From contig JAAOMT010000222.1 of assembly GCA_016748015.1 (NCBI GenBank), positions 685,924 through 749,923 of the forward strand: DNA of 64,000 nucleotides. Reading direction: 5' to 3'. Each line of letters starts with the position of its first letter. Position 1 is the stretch's first letter. The position numbers and the translations under genes were made by a program. The notes beneath the pieces are model-generated. The model was given only the letters and a program-made list of their open reading frames with translations. It did not search any database and was not told where the DNA came from. Shown one piece after another: positions 51,844-64,000 of the stretch. The stretch comes from Geosiphon pyriformis uo1. Its lineage: Eukaryota > Fungi > Glomeromycota.

Positions 51844-53622
51844 GTGGTCATCAACTTTGATATCAGTATACATAGTAGTAATCAGTTTGGTGTTAAGAGT
51901 GACTCTACTAAATAACAGAGTTTTTGATTGGTTTCTAACTCAAATAAGAAGATAGCAATTAGTAATTTGTTTTTTGTGACAGTTGTTAATAAGATGTTAT
52001 TGGTAAATAGTGTTGGATTGGTTTTCAGTGATTTGAGTGTTGTGATTTCTGAAGTTACTAGTAAACTTAAATAGTTCTGAAAATTTAAGTTTTGGGTATA
52101 CCTATTTTTTAAACTCTACTGGCATAATCCTAATGGCTGGTTTGATAAACTAAAAATTAGTTGGTATATTATTATCACTAATGTTCAGTTTTGTTAAGTA
52201 TGTATAATTTTTAGTCTTTGGTTTCTAGTTAATATTGACATAGTATATTGAAGCAGTGTTTGAATTTGTTAGAGTTGATAAATTACTAGTGCTAAAGTTT
52301 AATACATTGGAGATACATATATAAATTGTTGTGTTATTAGTATATAATAAAGTTGGTATAGTTTTAATAACAAATTATTGGTGTAGTTTTGGGTTTAAAA
52401 TTCATGATTAGAGTTTCTATATTGGTTTTTTGATTATAAGTTATTAGATTTGAAGTAACAATCTGCTTTTAAATGGTTTTGTTTATTACAGTAGTAGCAA
52501 TTATGCATTTTTTGTTACCACAATTGATTTAATAATAATAATAATAATAGATGCAACTGATTTTGGAATCAACTTAAACTTCTTAGATTGTTGTAATATT
52601 GAGAAAACTAATAGATTGCTTAATTGTTAGTTAAGTATTTTTCTAATTTTTAGTTAATCAAATTACTGAATTGTTTCAGCTTAGAATCCAATTCAAATGA
52701 TTTATTTATGACTAAATTTATGGTTTGTGCATGATTGGCTTTAAGTTTAGCTAATTTAAAATTTCTGATATATATAACTATATCTTGAAGAGTATTTAGC
52801 TATATTGGATGTATTTGTTGTAACAAACTGCTGTATAATTCATAAATAAATTGATTCAAGATCTGTGATACTGTAAAGTAGTCAGTATTGATTGTTTAGA
52901 TTTGACACAAATTTCTGTAGAAATGTCCCAAGTAAGTGGTAACTGCTTTAGTATTATCTTATTTAATTATAATGAAACTAGTTAACAGATAATTAATACT
53001 ATTATTATTGTTAAAATATTATAAAAACACAGTTTTGAATGTGTTAAAATCTTGAGATTTGTTGACAAAATTCTGGTACTATGAGTTAACTGTGTCTTAT
53101 AAAAAGTAAGAAATAACTTAAAAAGCTTTAGTATTGTTTTATTTATTGGCTATAATGACTTTTACCACATTGTTTAATCATGCTTGGGCATTGTTTTCTT
53201 TATTAGTAAATTTTTTGAATTTTGTAATTAGTACATAGACTATTGATACAAGTAGTAATTGTTGTTGTAATTGCTGTTGGGTGGCAATTGGTGCTATTAG
53301 TGGTTAATTAATCAGAATAACTAAAAGTAAGTTTTGTGAAAAAATAGAAGCTAGGTTTGGATTGTTTAGGTTTGGCTAGATTTGAACAATCAGAGTTTGA
53401 ACTTCCTGATTATTTAGAATCAGATTTTGATTATTATTTTCCTGATTGCTGTTTTTTTCTGATTTGGTATTTTTTCAATAACTAATAGATTCGAAATTTG
53501 GTTAAGATAACAGTAATTGAAATTCTAATAAGATTGTTGGTTGCAAGTTAAATTCTTTAAAAAAATTGCCATAAGTTTTTAATAATTTGGTTTTTTCTTG
53601 ATTATTTTAAAATAGTACTTAA

Positions 53623-56600
53623 TATTACTCATAAAAATTAAAAATTATAATAATAAGTAAAATAGTTAATTAGAAATAAGAATAGTAAAAAGAAGAATTC
53701 CAGGATTTTTTTTAAAAAATTGCAAAATTCTAGAATTCCAAAATTTCTCTCAAAAAATTAAAAAATTTTAAGGAATTTCATATAATATAAATTATATATA
53801 TATAGTAAAAGTTTTAAAAACAGAAAAAGTAATTTTAAAAGAATTTAATAGAGTTTATATTAATTTAAAACAATATTCTTTTCTTTAAAAGATAGTTTTT
53901 TATAACTTAAAGTGGAATTATTTCCATATTAATAAAATTATTTATTATTATTAAATCTATGTTATTATTACTTGATTAAAGAAATATTAATTTATTTACT
54001 TTATCAATACTTTATGTTAATAAAATTTAATATTTAATCATACTAAACCAATAGCTTTTAATTATAGCTATTAATAGAATACTAATTTTTTATTTTTTTT
54101 TATTTTTTATTTTTATTTTTTTGTTGTTTATTAATTAATTAAAGGAATTAAGCATTAAGTATTTGATGTCAAAGATAACCTGATAAAAAACCCAAGAACA
54201 AGAATAATAATTTAAAAATAGCTTACCAAAAAGATATAACTGTTAAAATAAACCAGCCACCATACTAAAAAAAAAATTTACAGAAAAAACCATCAATTGA
54301 ATCTCTGTTTATTATACAAAAGACTCAACCAAAACTTTCAGACTCTAAAATTTTCAGAAATTACTAACATTCCTAGCTATTAAGCACTAAATTATGGATT
54401 TGTTATTTGTTTTAACACTTCAAATAATCATTTGTAACATTTGGTGCTCTCTGTAAGGTATAATCTAACAGAAAACCAGCACCAACATTAATTATCTGAA
54501 AAAGTAACAAACCAAAAAATCATAAAAAAAATCATTTAAAATTTGCAAAATCTTTATTTCAATATTACCAAATTTATCTTGGACTGATAAGTAACTATTG
54601 GCCAGCAAAATTAGTTTTCAATTTCTATGTTAACAAAAAAATTAAATTCTATTTGAGAAACTAAGAAGATCTAAAAGCCACTCTTAAAAATTTCTACAAT
54701 AAACTATTATAAAGCACCATACTTCTATCAAACTATCTGTTTGTATTACTAATTACAAAAATAAACAGAGAAATTAAAAAATACATTTAACAAAGGTTTT
54801 CTATTATCTTTGCAAACAAAAGAAAATTACAAACTTCAATAGAAATACCAAGAAAAATACAACTGTCTACTTAAAAGAAACCAAGAGTTGTTTTATTTAT
54901 TCATCTATTATATTATCATATACTAAATAGTATTATACACATACTATCTGAATTTATATTAACATCAATGGCAAAAACACTATTATTCTAAGTTCTATTC
55001 CAAAATAATTAAGAGAAAGTTAAATTACTAGGAACTTATAGTAATTTCTTTGAAGAATTTAAATTGTGACCAACAACACTTTTAAAACTTTGATTACTGT
55101 TATTTCAACCAAATTTCGGATCTATTAGTTATTGGAAAGATACTGAATCAGAAGAAAAAAAAGACAATAATTAGGAAAATAATAATCAAAACCCAATCTT
55201 AAATAACCCAGAAATATAAACTTTAATTGTTTAAACTCTAATTGTTCAAACTCTGCAAAATTCAAACAATTCAAATTTGCTCTTATTCTTTAGCAAAACT
55301 TACCTTCAGTTATCATGATTGATCTACCAGTTGCACTAATTACTACACAATAACAACAACTTTAACAATAATTACAATAACAATAACTTATATCAATGAC
55401 ATATACACTTATTGTCAAATTAAAAAAATTCACCAGCAAAGAAAATAATATCTAAACATAGTTAAAAAACATAGTCAAAGCAATTACAACCAATAACTGG
55501 AATAACACCAAAGCTTTTTAAGCTATTTTCTACTTTTTATAAGATACTACTGACTTATAATATCAGAGTCTAATTAACAAATCACAAATCTTTAACACAT
55601 TTAAAACTGTATTTTTACAATATTTCAGTAATTACAACAACATTAATCAATTATTAACTAGTTTTACTATTATCAAACAAAATAATATTGAAACAGTTAT
55701 CACATATCTAGAACGTTTTTATCAAAATCTGTACTAAATCTAAGCAATTTAAGCTAATTATTTTATAGCAACACAGATTTTTAACCAGTTTATTTGTAGA
55801 TTATACAGTAGTTTATTATAATAAATACACTCAATGCACTCAAATACTCTTTAGAATACAGTCACATATGCTAGAAATTTTGAATTAACCAAACTTAAAG
55901 CCAATTATGTCCAAACTGTAAATCTAATAATGAATAAATTATCTAAATTAGATACTAAATTGAAACAATTTAGCAAAGCCATTAACCAGAAAATTAAGGA
56001 ATACTTAGCTAGTAATTAGACAATTTATTAGCCTTTACAATATTATGACAATTAAGAAAATTCTAATTGTTTCCAAAATACATTGTGTCTATTATTATCA
56101 TTATCAAATTAATTATGACAACAAAAAATACATAATTGTTATTATTGTGATAAATAAGACTATCTAAAAGCAGATTGTTACTCTAAATTTAATAACCAAC
56201 AATCGGAAAATCAATATTAAAACCCCAATTGCCAATTTCAAACTCCAAATTATACCCAAAATCAGAAACAATATTAGTTTTATTACTATCAAATAATGCA
56301 ACAACCTATATATGTACTTCCAGTTTATTAGACTCTAGCACTAATAATTTATTAACAGTTATAGCCACAAATAATTTATCAATCCCAACAAATTCAAGCA
56401 TTACTTCAAATTATTGTGTTTATATTAACTAAAAATTTAAGGCAGAAAATTATTTACACTTAGCAAAATTGAAGATTTGCAATGATTATATATTAACCAA
56501 TCTTCAGTTTTTTAAATCAATCATCAGAATTACACCAGCAGAGTTTAAAAAGTAAGCATACCCAAAACCCAAATTTCCAAAATTATTTAAGCCTTTTGGT

Positions 56601-58855
56601 TACTTCAGAAAACAACTTATCCAATAACTTGAAAACCAATCACCAACCACTTATTAACAATATTCTATCAGCAATTATTACAGAAAATAAATCATTAACC
56701 ACTATTTTCTCTTTTGAATTAAAAAACCAAGTAGAAACATCATTATTCAGTCAAGTCATTCTTGACATTAAACAGATTACTGCCATATATACTGATGCCA
56801 AAGTTGATAGTCATTTTATTAAACTAATTTTTGATAGTAGATTAGCAGACAGCATTATTATATAACAATTTATGGACCAATTAGATTGTTGGGTTAATTG
56901 TGCTGCCAGTGCCAGAATTATCATAGCCAATAAAGCAACCAAAACTCTTATTGATAAAATTAATGACTTTCCTTTTGAAGTCAACAGTATTATTACACCA
57001 ATCAAAGTTTTGATAATAGAAGCCATATAATACTAAGCTTTTATTAGTAATAATTAGCTGTTCAAGACCAATACTGTACTCAATTGGACTATACAAGAGC
57101 TATAACTTAATCAATATAGTTAGCATACTCAGATATCAATTACTTGTGGCCATTTTAAAACAAATATTACCACCCAATTATTACTAATTAAGTTCAAAGA
57201 AAAAAAAAAACCTATCTAAGAAGCCTATCAAAGTTTCATGGACTGAAAATGAGCACAACAAACTGCTACTAATATTTTTTTAAAATGACAAGAGAAAAAA
57301 AAAGAAGAAAATAAACCACAAGTTATTACTTTTACAGAAGAAACAAATAATGATTGGCATGTTTTATACTTGTTGGAACCAAGAAAAAAACTATCCTACT
57401 ATTAAGATCTAGCATTCACTCAAAAAAAAACAAGAGCAGTATTTAGAACAATTAAATATTAAACTCTGTAAATATTGCTTAATTCTCAATAACTTTAAAT
57501 ATTGTAATAATTGTAATTTTATTTATAATTCACTATCATGCATAATCTATTCAATTTCTGAAGAAAAAAAACCAATTAACAAGTGTATTTTGGAATCAGA
57601 ATTGAAATTTAATTGTGATTCAGACTTTAATAATGATAACAACAATAATTCCAATTTCATTTACAATAGCAACAACAATAGTTTTATCTTTATTTACAAT
57701 AGCAACAACAACAACAACAACAATAACAATTCAAACTCTGATTACAACTCTAAACAATATATTATGCTTCCAGATCTTTTAAAGAAGCAAAAACTTAAAT
57801 AGTTCAACAATAATAATAAAAATATTATGTCAGAACACATGTATAATACCAATGCAGAATTTAATTTTAGATATCTAAGAAAAACTGCCATCAGATTAGA
57901 ACCTTATTCACATACTAGTATAGATTTAAGAGATTTAAAAGATCTTGATAGAGCTCAATATTAAAAAAAAAGAATATTATTACTCATAAAAATTAAAAAT
58001 TATAATAATAGATAAAATAGCCAATCAGAAATAAGCATAGTAAAAAAGAGAATTCCAAATTTTTTTTTAGAAAATTACAGAATTACAGAATTCCAAAATT
58101 TCTTTTAAAAAATTACAGGATTTCAGAATTCCAAAATTGCTCTTAAAAAATTGCAGGATTTTAAAAAATTTCATATAACATAAATTATATATATAGTGAG
58201 AATATTAAAAGCAGAAAAAGTAATTCCAGAAGAACTTAATAGAGTTTATATTAATTTAGAACAATACCCTTTCCTTCAAAAAATAGTTTTCTATAACTTG
58301 AAGTAGAATTATTCTCATATTAATAAAATTATCTATTATTATCAAATCTATGTTATTATTACTTGATTAAAAAAATATTAATCTATTTTACTCTATTAAT
58401 ACTCCATATTAATAAAATCTAATACTTAACTATACTAGACCAATAGCTTTTGATCATGGCTATTAATAAGATATTAATTTCTTATTTTTATTTTTTTATT
58501 TTTTTTATTTTTTTTTATTTTTTTTATTTTATTTCTTTGTTGTTTACTAATTAATTAAAAAATTTAAGCACTGAGTAATTAACATTAAGAATAGCCTGGT
58601 AAAAAACTTAAGAACAAAGATAAAAATTTAATGATAGCTTATTAAAAGAGCATAACTGCCAGAATAAACTGGCCACCATATTAAAAAAAAAATTTACAGA
58701 AAAAATTATTAATTGAATTTTTGTTTATTATATAAAAGACTCAACCAAAATCTTTAAACTCCAAAACTTTTAGAAATTACCAACATTTCCAGCTATTGAG
58801 CACTAAATTATGAGTTTGTTATTTGTTTTAACATCCTAAATTATTACCTATAATA
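53623..58855 (+). mobile_element. Gypsy element C' (C family, internally deleted), antisense within the gag of C
   Basis: LTRs 53623-54439 and 57978-58855; PBS TTTGGTGCTCTCTG at 54440; TSD TTAA/TTAG. Gag and PR present; RT, RH, IN and ORF3 absent. Confidence 0.9.
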
Positions 58856-61800
58856 TTAGTATAATAGTGTTTTCATTATTAATGTTAATATGAATTTGAA
58901 TAATATATAAATAGTACTTTCTGGTATATAGTAGTATGATAGATAAATAAGTAAAATAACTCTTGATTTCTTCCAAGTAGGCAGTTGTATTTTTTTTGGT
59001 GTTTCTGTTAAAGTTTGTAATTTTTCTTTGTCTGTAAAGATAATAAAAAATTTCTGCTAAGTGTAATTCTCAATTTCTCGATTTATTTTTGTAATTAGTG
59101 AGATAAATAAATAATTTTGTAAAAGCATAATGTTTTAAAATAATTCATTATAGAAATTTTTAAGAATAGCTTCTAGATTTTCTTGGTCTTCCAAGTAAAA
59201 TTTAATTTTTTTGTTAATATAAAAATTAAAAGCTAATTCTGCTGACCAATAGTTACTTGTTAGTCTGAAATAAGTTTAATAATATTAAAATAAAGATTTG
59301 GTAAATTCTAAATAATTTGTTTTTGTTACTTTTAATTCTGTTACTTTTCTGAATAATTGATATTGATGCTAGTTTTCTGTTAAATTATATCTTACAAAAA
59401 GCATTAAATATTATAAATAATTATTTAAAATGTTAAAACAAATAACTAGCTGAAAATATTAGTAATTTCTGAGGATTTTGAAGTTTGAAAATTTTGGTTA
59501 AGTTTTTTGTATAATAAACAGAAATTTAATTGATAGTTTTTTCTATGAATTTTTTTTTCAATGTGGTGGCTGGTTTATTCTGACAGTTATGCTTTTTTTG
59601 GTAAGCTATTTTTAAGTTTTTTATTTTTGTTTTCGAATTTTTTACTAGACTATTCTTGACATTAATTATTTAGTGCTTAATTTTTTTAATTAATTAATAA
59701 ACAACAAAAAATAAAAATAAAAAAAAATAAAAAATTAATATTTTGTCAATAACTATAATCAAGAACTATTGGTTTAGTGTGATTAAGTATTAAATTTTAT
59801 CAATATTTTATATTGATAATATAGAATAAGTTAATATTTTTTTAATCAAGTAATAATAATATAAATTTAGATAATAATAGATATTTTATTGATATAAGTA
59901 TAATTTTATTTCAAGTTATAAAAAACTATCTTTTAAAGGAAAAAGTATTGTTGTTTTAAACTAAATTGTCTTTTTTTGCTTTTAATACTCTTGTTATATA
60001 TATATAATTTGTGTTATACAAGATTTTTTGAAATTTTTTAATTTTTTTGATAAAAATTTTAGAATTCTGGAATCTTATAATTCTTTAAAAGAAATTCTAA
60101 AATTTTGAAATTTTGGAATTCTGCAATCCTTTATAAAAAATTCTAGAATTCTTCATTTTATTATGTTTATTTTTGATTGGTTATTTTATCTACTTATTAT
60201 AATTTTTAATTTCTATAAATAACAGTGTGTGTCTTATAATTTCAATAAAATTTAAAACAATTTAAGAGGTTTTTTCTTAAAAAATATTATGTATAATTTT
60301 AATTTCTAATCTATTTAATAAAATAATAAGGTGATTATTAAAGTTATAAAATATTACTTAAAACTTTTTTATTCTTTTTGAAATGTAAATATTTAAAATT
60401 AAAATTTTATGCTTTAAACAGATTTGTTTATTTAATTTAAATATTTGTTGTATAATAATAAGTTTTGAGCAAGTATAAATTTTGCAATGTTTTCTAAAAA
60501 GTGGAATAATAATTGGTTAAAAAAGTCAAAAAATCTGGTAAAATTTATTTTGTGTATTAAAAGTTATGTTAATTAAAACTGTAAATTATCTAATTAAACT
60601 AAAACTTTGAGTTCTTTTTTTACTTTTGTCTAATTGTTCTTGTTAATTTAAAATATTAATTAAGAACAAATAAATAGCTTAAACAATTTTTTTAATATGT
60701 TTAATATTTAAGAATTTTTTAGTTTTATTTTATAATATAATTGTAATGTTTTTTGTATATTTGCTAGTAAAAAAGTAATTGTATAATGTAAATTGATTAA
60801 ATTAATTTATTTTTTTTGCTGGTAGTTGATAATTTTAAACTAAAAATAGTTAATAATACTGTTATTGTAATAAAACAAATTAATAATAACTAGATTAAAA
60901 TCTTAATAAATAATAAATAGATAGTAGTAGATTATATAATTGTTATTATATAAAAAATAATATTAATTATTCTGTTTTTGTTAATTTTTTTGCATTTTTT
61001 GCAATTATATTTCCAATATCTAAAAATTTTACAATAGTAACAATTTAATTATTAGTTATTATTAAATAATAAGAGCTTTTCTTGATTTTATTATTGTGGT
61101 AATTAATATTTTTGCTGTTAATTAATAAAGTAAATTTTAACTTTTTTAGTAAGTTGGTTAAGTTTTTTTTAATTACTGAGCTGGTTTTTTCAATAACTAA
61201 GTTAACAAATTTAATGTGGTTGCTTTTTTTATAGCCATTTTATAGTTTTCAACATATTATATAGGAGTAACTAAATCTGTTAAAGCATATAAGCAAACTT
61301 TTTTGATTAATTTATTTTTTAAACTAGTAATAAATTGATTTAAAATTTAAGTATTAAAATAGTAAGTATTTGTTTTCAATTGCCAAATTTTTTAATATAA
61401 GTTATAAAAAATTTAAATAGTTCTTGTTTGATATTTTAAAAATGGTTTTAGAAAGTAATTAAAGTATTATTGTTATAAACTATTTAAAAAAAGTAGTTTT
61501 AAAGACTTGCCAATCTGTAAAAGAGATGGCAAAGTTTTTGAATTATTTGTTTATAGTTTTTTTAAGAAAATAAGAAATTATTTATAATATTTTTACTATA
61601 TTCTACCTATTTATATTTCTTGTTTTAGTAACTTGGTCAAACCATTCTTAAAAATTGGTTTCAGTGTTTTTTCTAAAAAAAATCAAGAATTTTTGCATAT
61701 AAATAGTTATTAATTTTTTGTTTTTTTATTATTATTGATTTCTTTTTTTTATTTTATTTTCTTTAATAAGTTTAAAAATGTTTTTTTTATTGATTAATGT

Positions 61801-62559
61801 TTTTAAATATTTGTTTTAATTTTCTATTAAGTAATTAAGAAAATTAATACTTGTGTAAATTAGTTTTGGTTGTTGAATAAAACTTTTTGTAAAATTTTTT
61901 AATCTTAAAAATCGATTAAAAGATGAATTAAATATTTGTGTTTAAATAAATAAAGCTAAAAAAAGTGTAATTGCAAGTAGAAGTTTAATATTTATTTCTT
62001 ATTTAGGTGTTTGCAAATATTAGAAGATTGTTTTTAGTGTGTTGAAAATTGTGTAAACTAATCAGGTGTTTTTTTTGCTTTTTTGTTGTTGTTTGTTTTA
62101 GATTCTAATTTAAGTTCAAAAACAAATTGTGAATTTATGAGGTATTTTTCTTTACAAAACTTGATAATATTATAGTTAAGTTTTTTAAAATAAATAGCAC
62201 AAGTGTTTATACTAATAACTTTTGGATTTTTATTAGAATAGTAAATTAAATTTTCAAGTAAATTCTTTTTGATATCTGTAATATTATAGTTTTTAAAAAA
62301 ACAATTATTGATTTGGTTTTTAATATATTGAAAAAATGTTTTTTTAACAGCTATAATTCTATTTTGTATTTCAAATTATTGTTTGCAATAAATATAAATT
62401 AACTAATAATATTTTAGAATTGTTATATTAAATATAATTGCCATTTTAATATTATTATTATTGTGTTATTTTTAAAAAAGCACCAAATATTACCAAATAT
62501 TTTTTTAGTTGTTTCTAAATATTGTTAATATTATTTTGTTGTTAATTTTATTGTTAATA

Positions 62560-64000
62560 AAAATTAATAATCTTTAATAAGTTAACTTTTTTTTAAAAGT
62601 ATTTTTTATAGGACATCTTTAAAAAAAAATCTGTAAAAGAATTAAACAGATCAAAATTATTGAACTTCCTAAAACTTGAATTATAATTAGTCTTATTTTC
62701 ATTAAAGTTTCTATCTAAGATTATGAAAAAACTGGTATTCAAAACTACAATAACCAAAAAATTGAATTTATTAGTTTGTATTATTTTTTTGTTCAAAGTT
62801 ATATTACTATATAAGTTAATAATAGAAATTAATATATCTTTTTTAAAAAAAATATAAACATAAAAGCCAACTTATTACTTTAATAATCTTGTTTATATGT
62901 TTAGCAATATTAATATTTACAATAATTGTTATTTAACAATTCATATAACCAGTCTTAATATTTAAAATAAAAATTTGAATCTTATTAAATTTATTAATTA
63001 ACTAAAACTTAATATTATTTTTTAATTTAGTTTCTATAATTATTAATATTAAATTTTTTATATTATTATGTCAACAAATAATATCTAATTGTTTAATTAA
63101 TTATTTATATTTCAAATATTATATATAGTTATCTTTCAAATAAAAATATTTATTAATTAAATATAATATATAAAAAACTTTAAAAAATCTAGACAACCCA
63201 AAACTACACAAATAAAACTATTTAAAACTAATAATTTGGATTCCAGAGCTCTAATTTTGGCTGTAAAAACTTTATTACTATTAGAAAAAGACTGCAAATT
63301 AATATTAATTGCTAAACTAATAAGTAGAAAAAATAAAGATATCTAAAAAAAATTAATGCAAAAAATAAAAAGTATAGATAACATAATTAAAATATTCAAT
63401 TTAGTAAATATCTTAATCATCTAATTATTAAGAAATTCTAATAACTATTTAAGCATACTTAATTAAAAATTCAAAAATTCAAAAATAAAAAAAATAAAAT
63501 CAATTAAAACATTAAAAAAAACATTTTTATAAAAATTTGTATTTAATAAAAAATAAATTAAATTATTACTAACTATTTAAACTTATAATAAATTACCAAA
63601 AACCAGTAAATAAAATATGAAAATCTGTTTTTTGGCATAAAGTTGAACAAATTGTATAGGTTTTTTCTTAGAGATTAGTTGTTTATATATTATTTATATT
63701 AAAAAAAAGATTATTAGCTTAATTACATTTTAAAACCAAATAGCCAAAATAACTACAATTATCATAGCAAATTAGATATAATCTAATTTATAAAAGTTTA
63801 ATGTTCTTAAAAATTGAAATAATATAAAAAGCATAATCAAGATTTTTTTTTAATTTAAAACTTACTATTGTATAATAAAGCTTTAAATTAATAGTAAAAA
63901 ACTCATTTATTATACAAGTTTTATTACCTATACTATTTAATAAACTATCTAAATTATGAACTGTGATTTTTATAAACAAAGTAAATAATAATATTCTGAA
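62560..64000 (-). pseudogene. Heavily decayed LINE relic (ORF1 3' half and ORF2 endonuclease start)
   Basis: SFFIILDRNFNE resembles SSFIVLGGDFNE, and TVHNLDSLLNSIGNKTCIIN resembles TAHDLENLLEGAGGKTCVIN of the LINE at 10737-18558. Confidence 0.72.

Larger units (their letters stand above)
21086..60224 (-). mobile_element. Gypsy element C (A-related): 5' LTR 59409-60224; 3' LTR split into 21086-21383, 23681-23801, 44763-45196; internal region 45197-59408
   Basis: Perfect TSD GTGT (21082-21085 and 60225-60228). Outer ends TGTTA/TAACA. PPT at ~45200-45214. Decayed gag, PR, Cys-rich, dUTPase (49150-49560), RT, RH, IN and ORF3, all colinear with A. Confidence 0.88.
19018..62555 (-). mobile_element. 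Gypsy element D (B-related, oldest): pieces 19018-21085 (IN/RH/RT) and 60225-62555 (dUTPase, gag, PBS, LTR stub)
   Basis: Decayed RT/RH/IN colinear with element B. Joining across insertion C gives EII(R/G)HTLSQI, versus EIIGHSLPKI in B. PBS rc at 62476-62487, LTR end at 62488. Protease and Cys-rich region deleted near 60770. Confidence 0.8.

Noticed and set aside
57665-57730. (AAC)n microsatellite
   Set aside because: An expanded Asn/Asp-rich linker of C' pol, also seen at 28980-29080 and 49620-49690.

Overview
AT-rich, intron-dense eukaryotic (fungal) DNA; a Glomeromycotina-type genome is an inference from gene structure and TE content. There is one host gene, SPT16 (FACT subunit, 4178-9177, about 24 exons), in a CpG-retaining island. 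The rest is decayed retrotransposons: (i) a full-length LINE (10737-18558, minus; ORF1, then ORF2 with APE-RT-RNase H-CCHC) interrupted by a solo LTR, plus three LINE relics; (ii) a five-deep nest of Ty3/Gypsy elements (D > C > solo LTR B' > A > B) with 4-bp TSDs at every junction; C also carries an antisense copy of its own family, a solo LTR of another family and an ORF1-only LINE derivative. Family letters are my labels. Main findings: (1) in four Gypsy copies, gag-pol stops right after RNase H and integrase is a separate ORF behind a frame-variable spacer; three copies also retain a conserved third ORF of unknown function and a Cys-rich module plus dUTPase between protease and RT. (2) A HAL1-like 'half-LINE' encodes only a divergent ORF1 but shares the LINE's 3' UTR and stem-loop. 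(3) A tandemly duplicated intron in SPT16 creates a potential 9-nt microexon. (4) C->T decay extends to CpA, a RIP-like pattern. All coordinates and alignments were read by eye and no searches were run.
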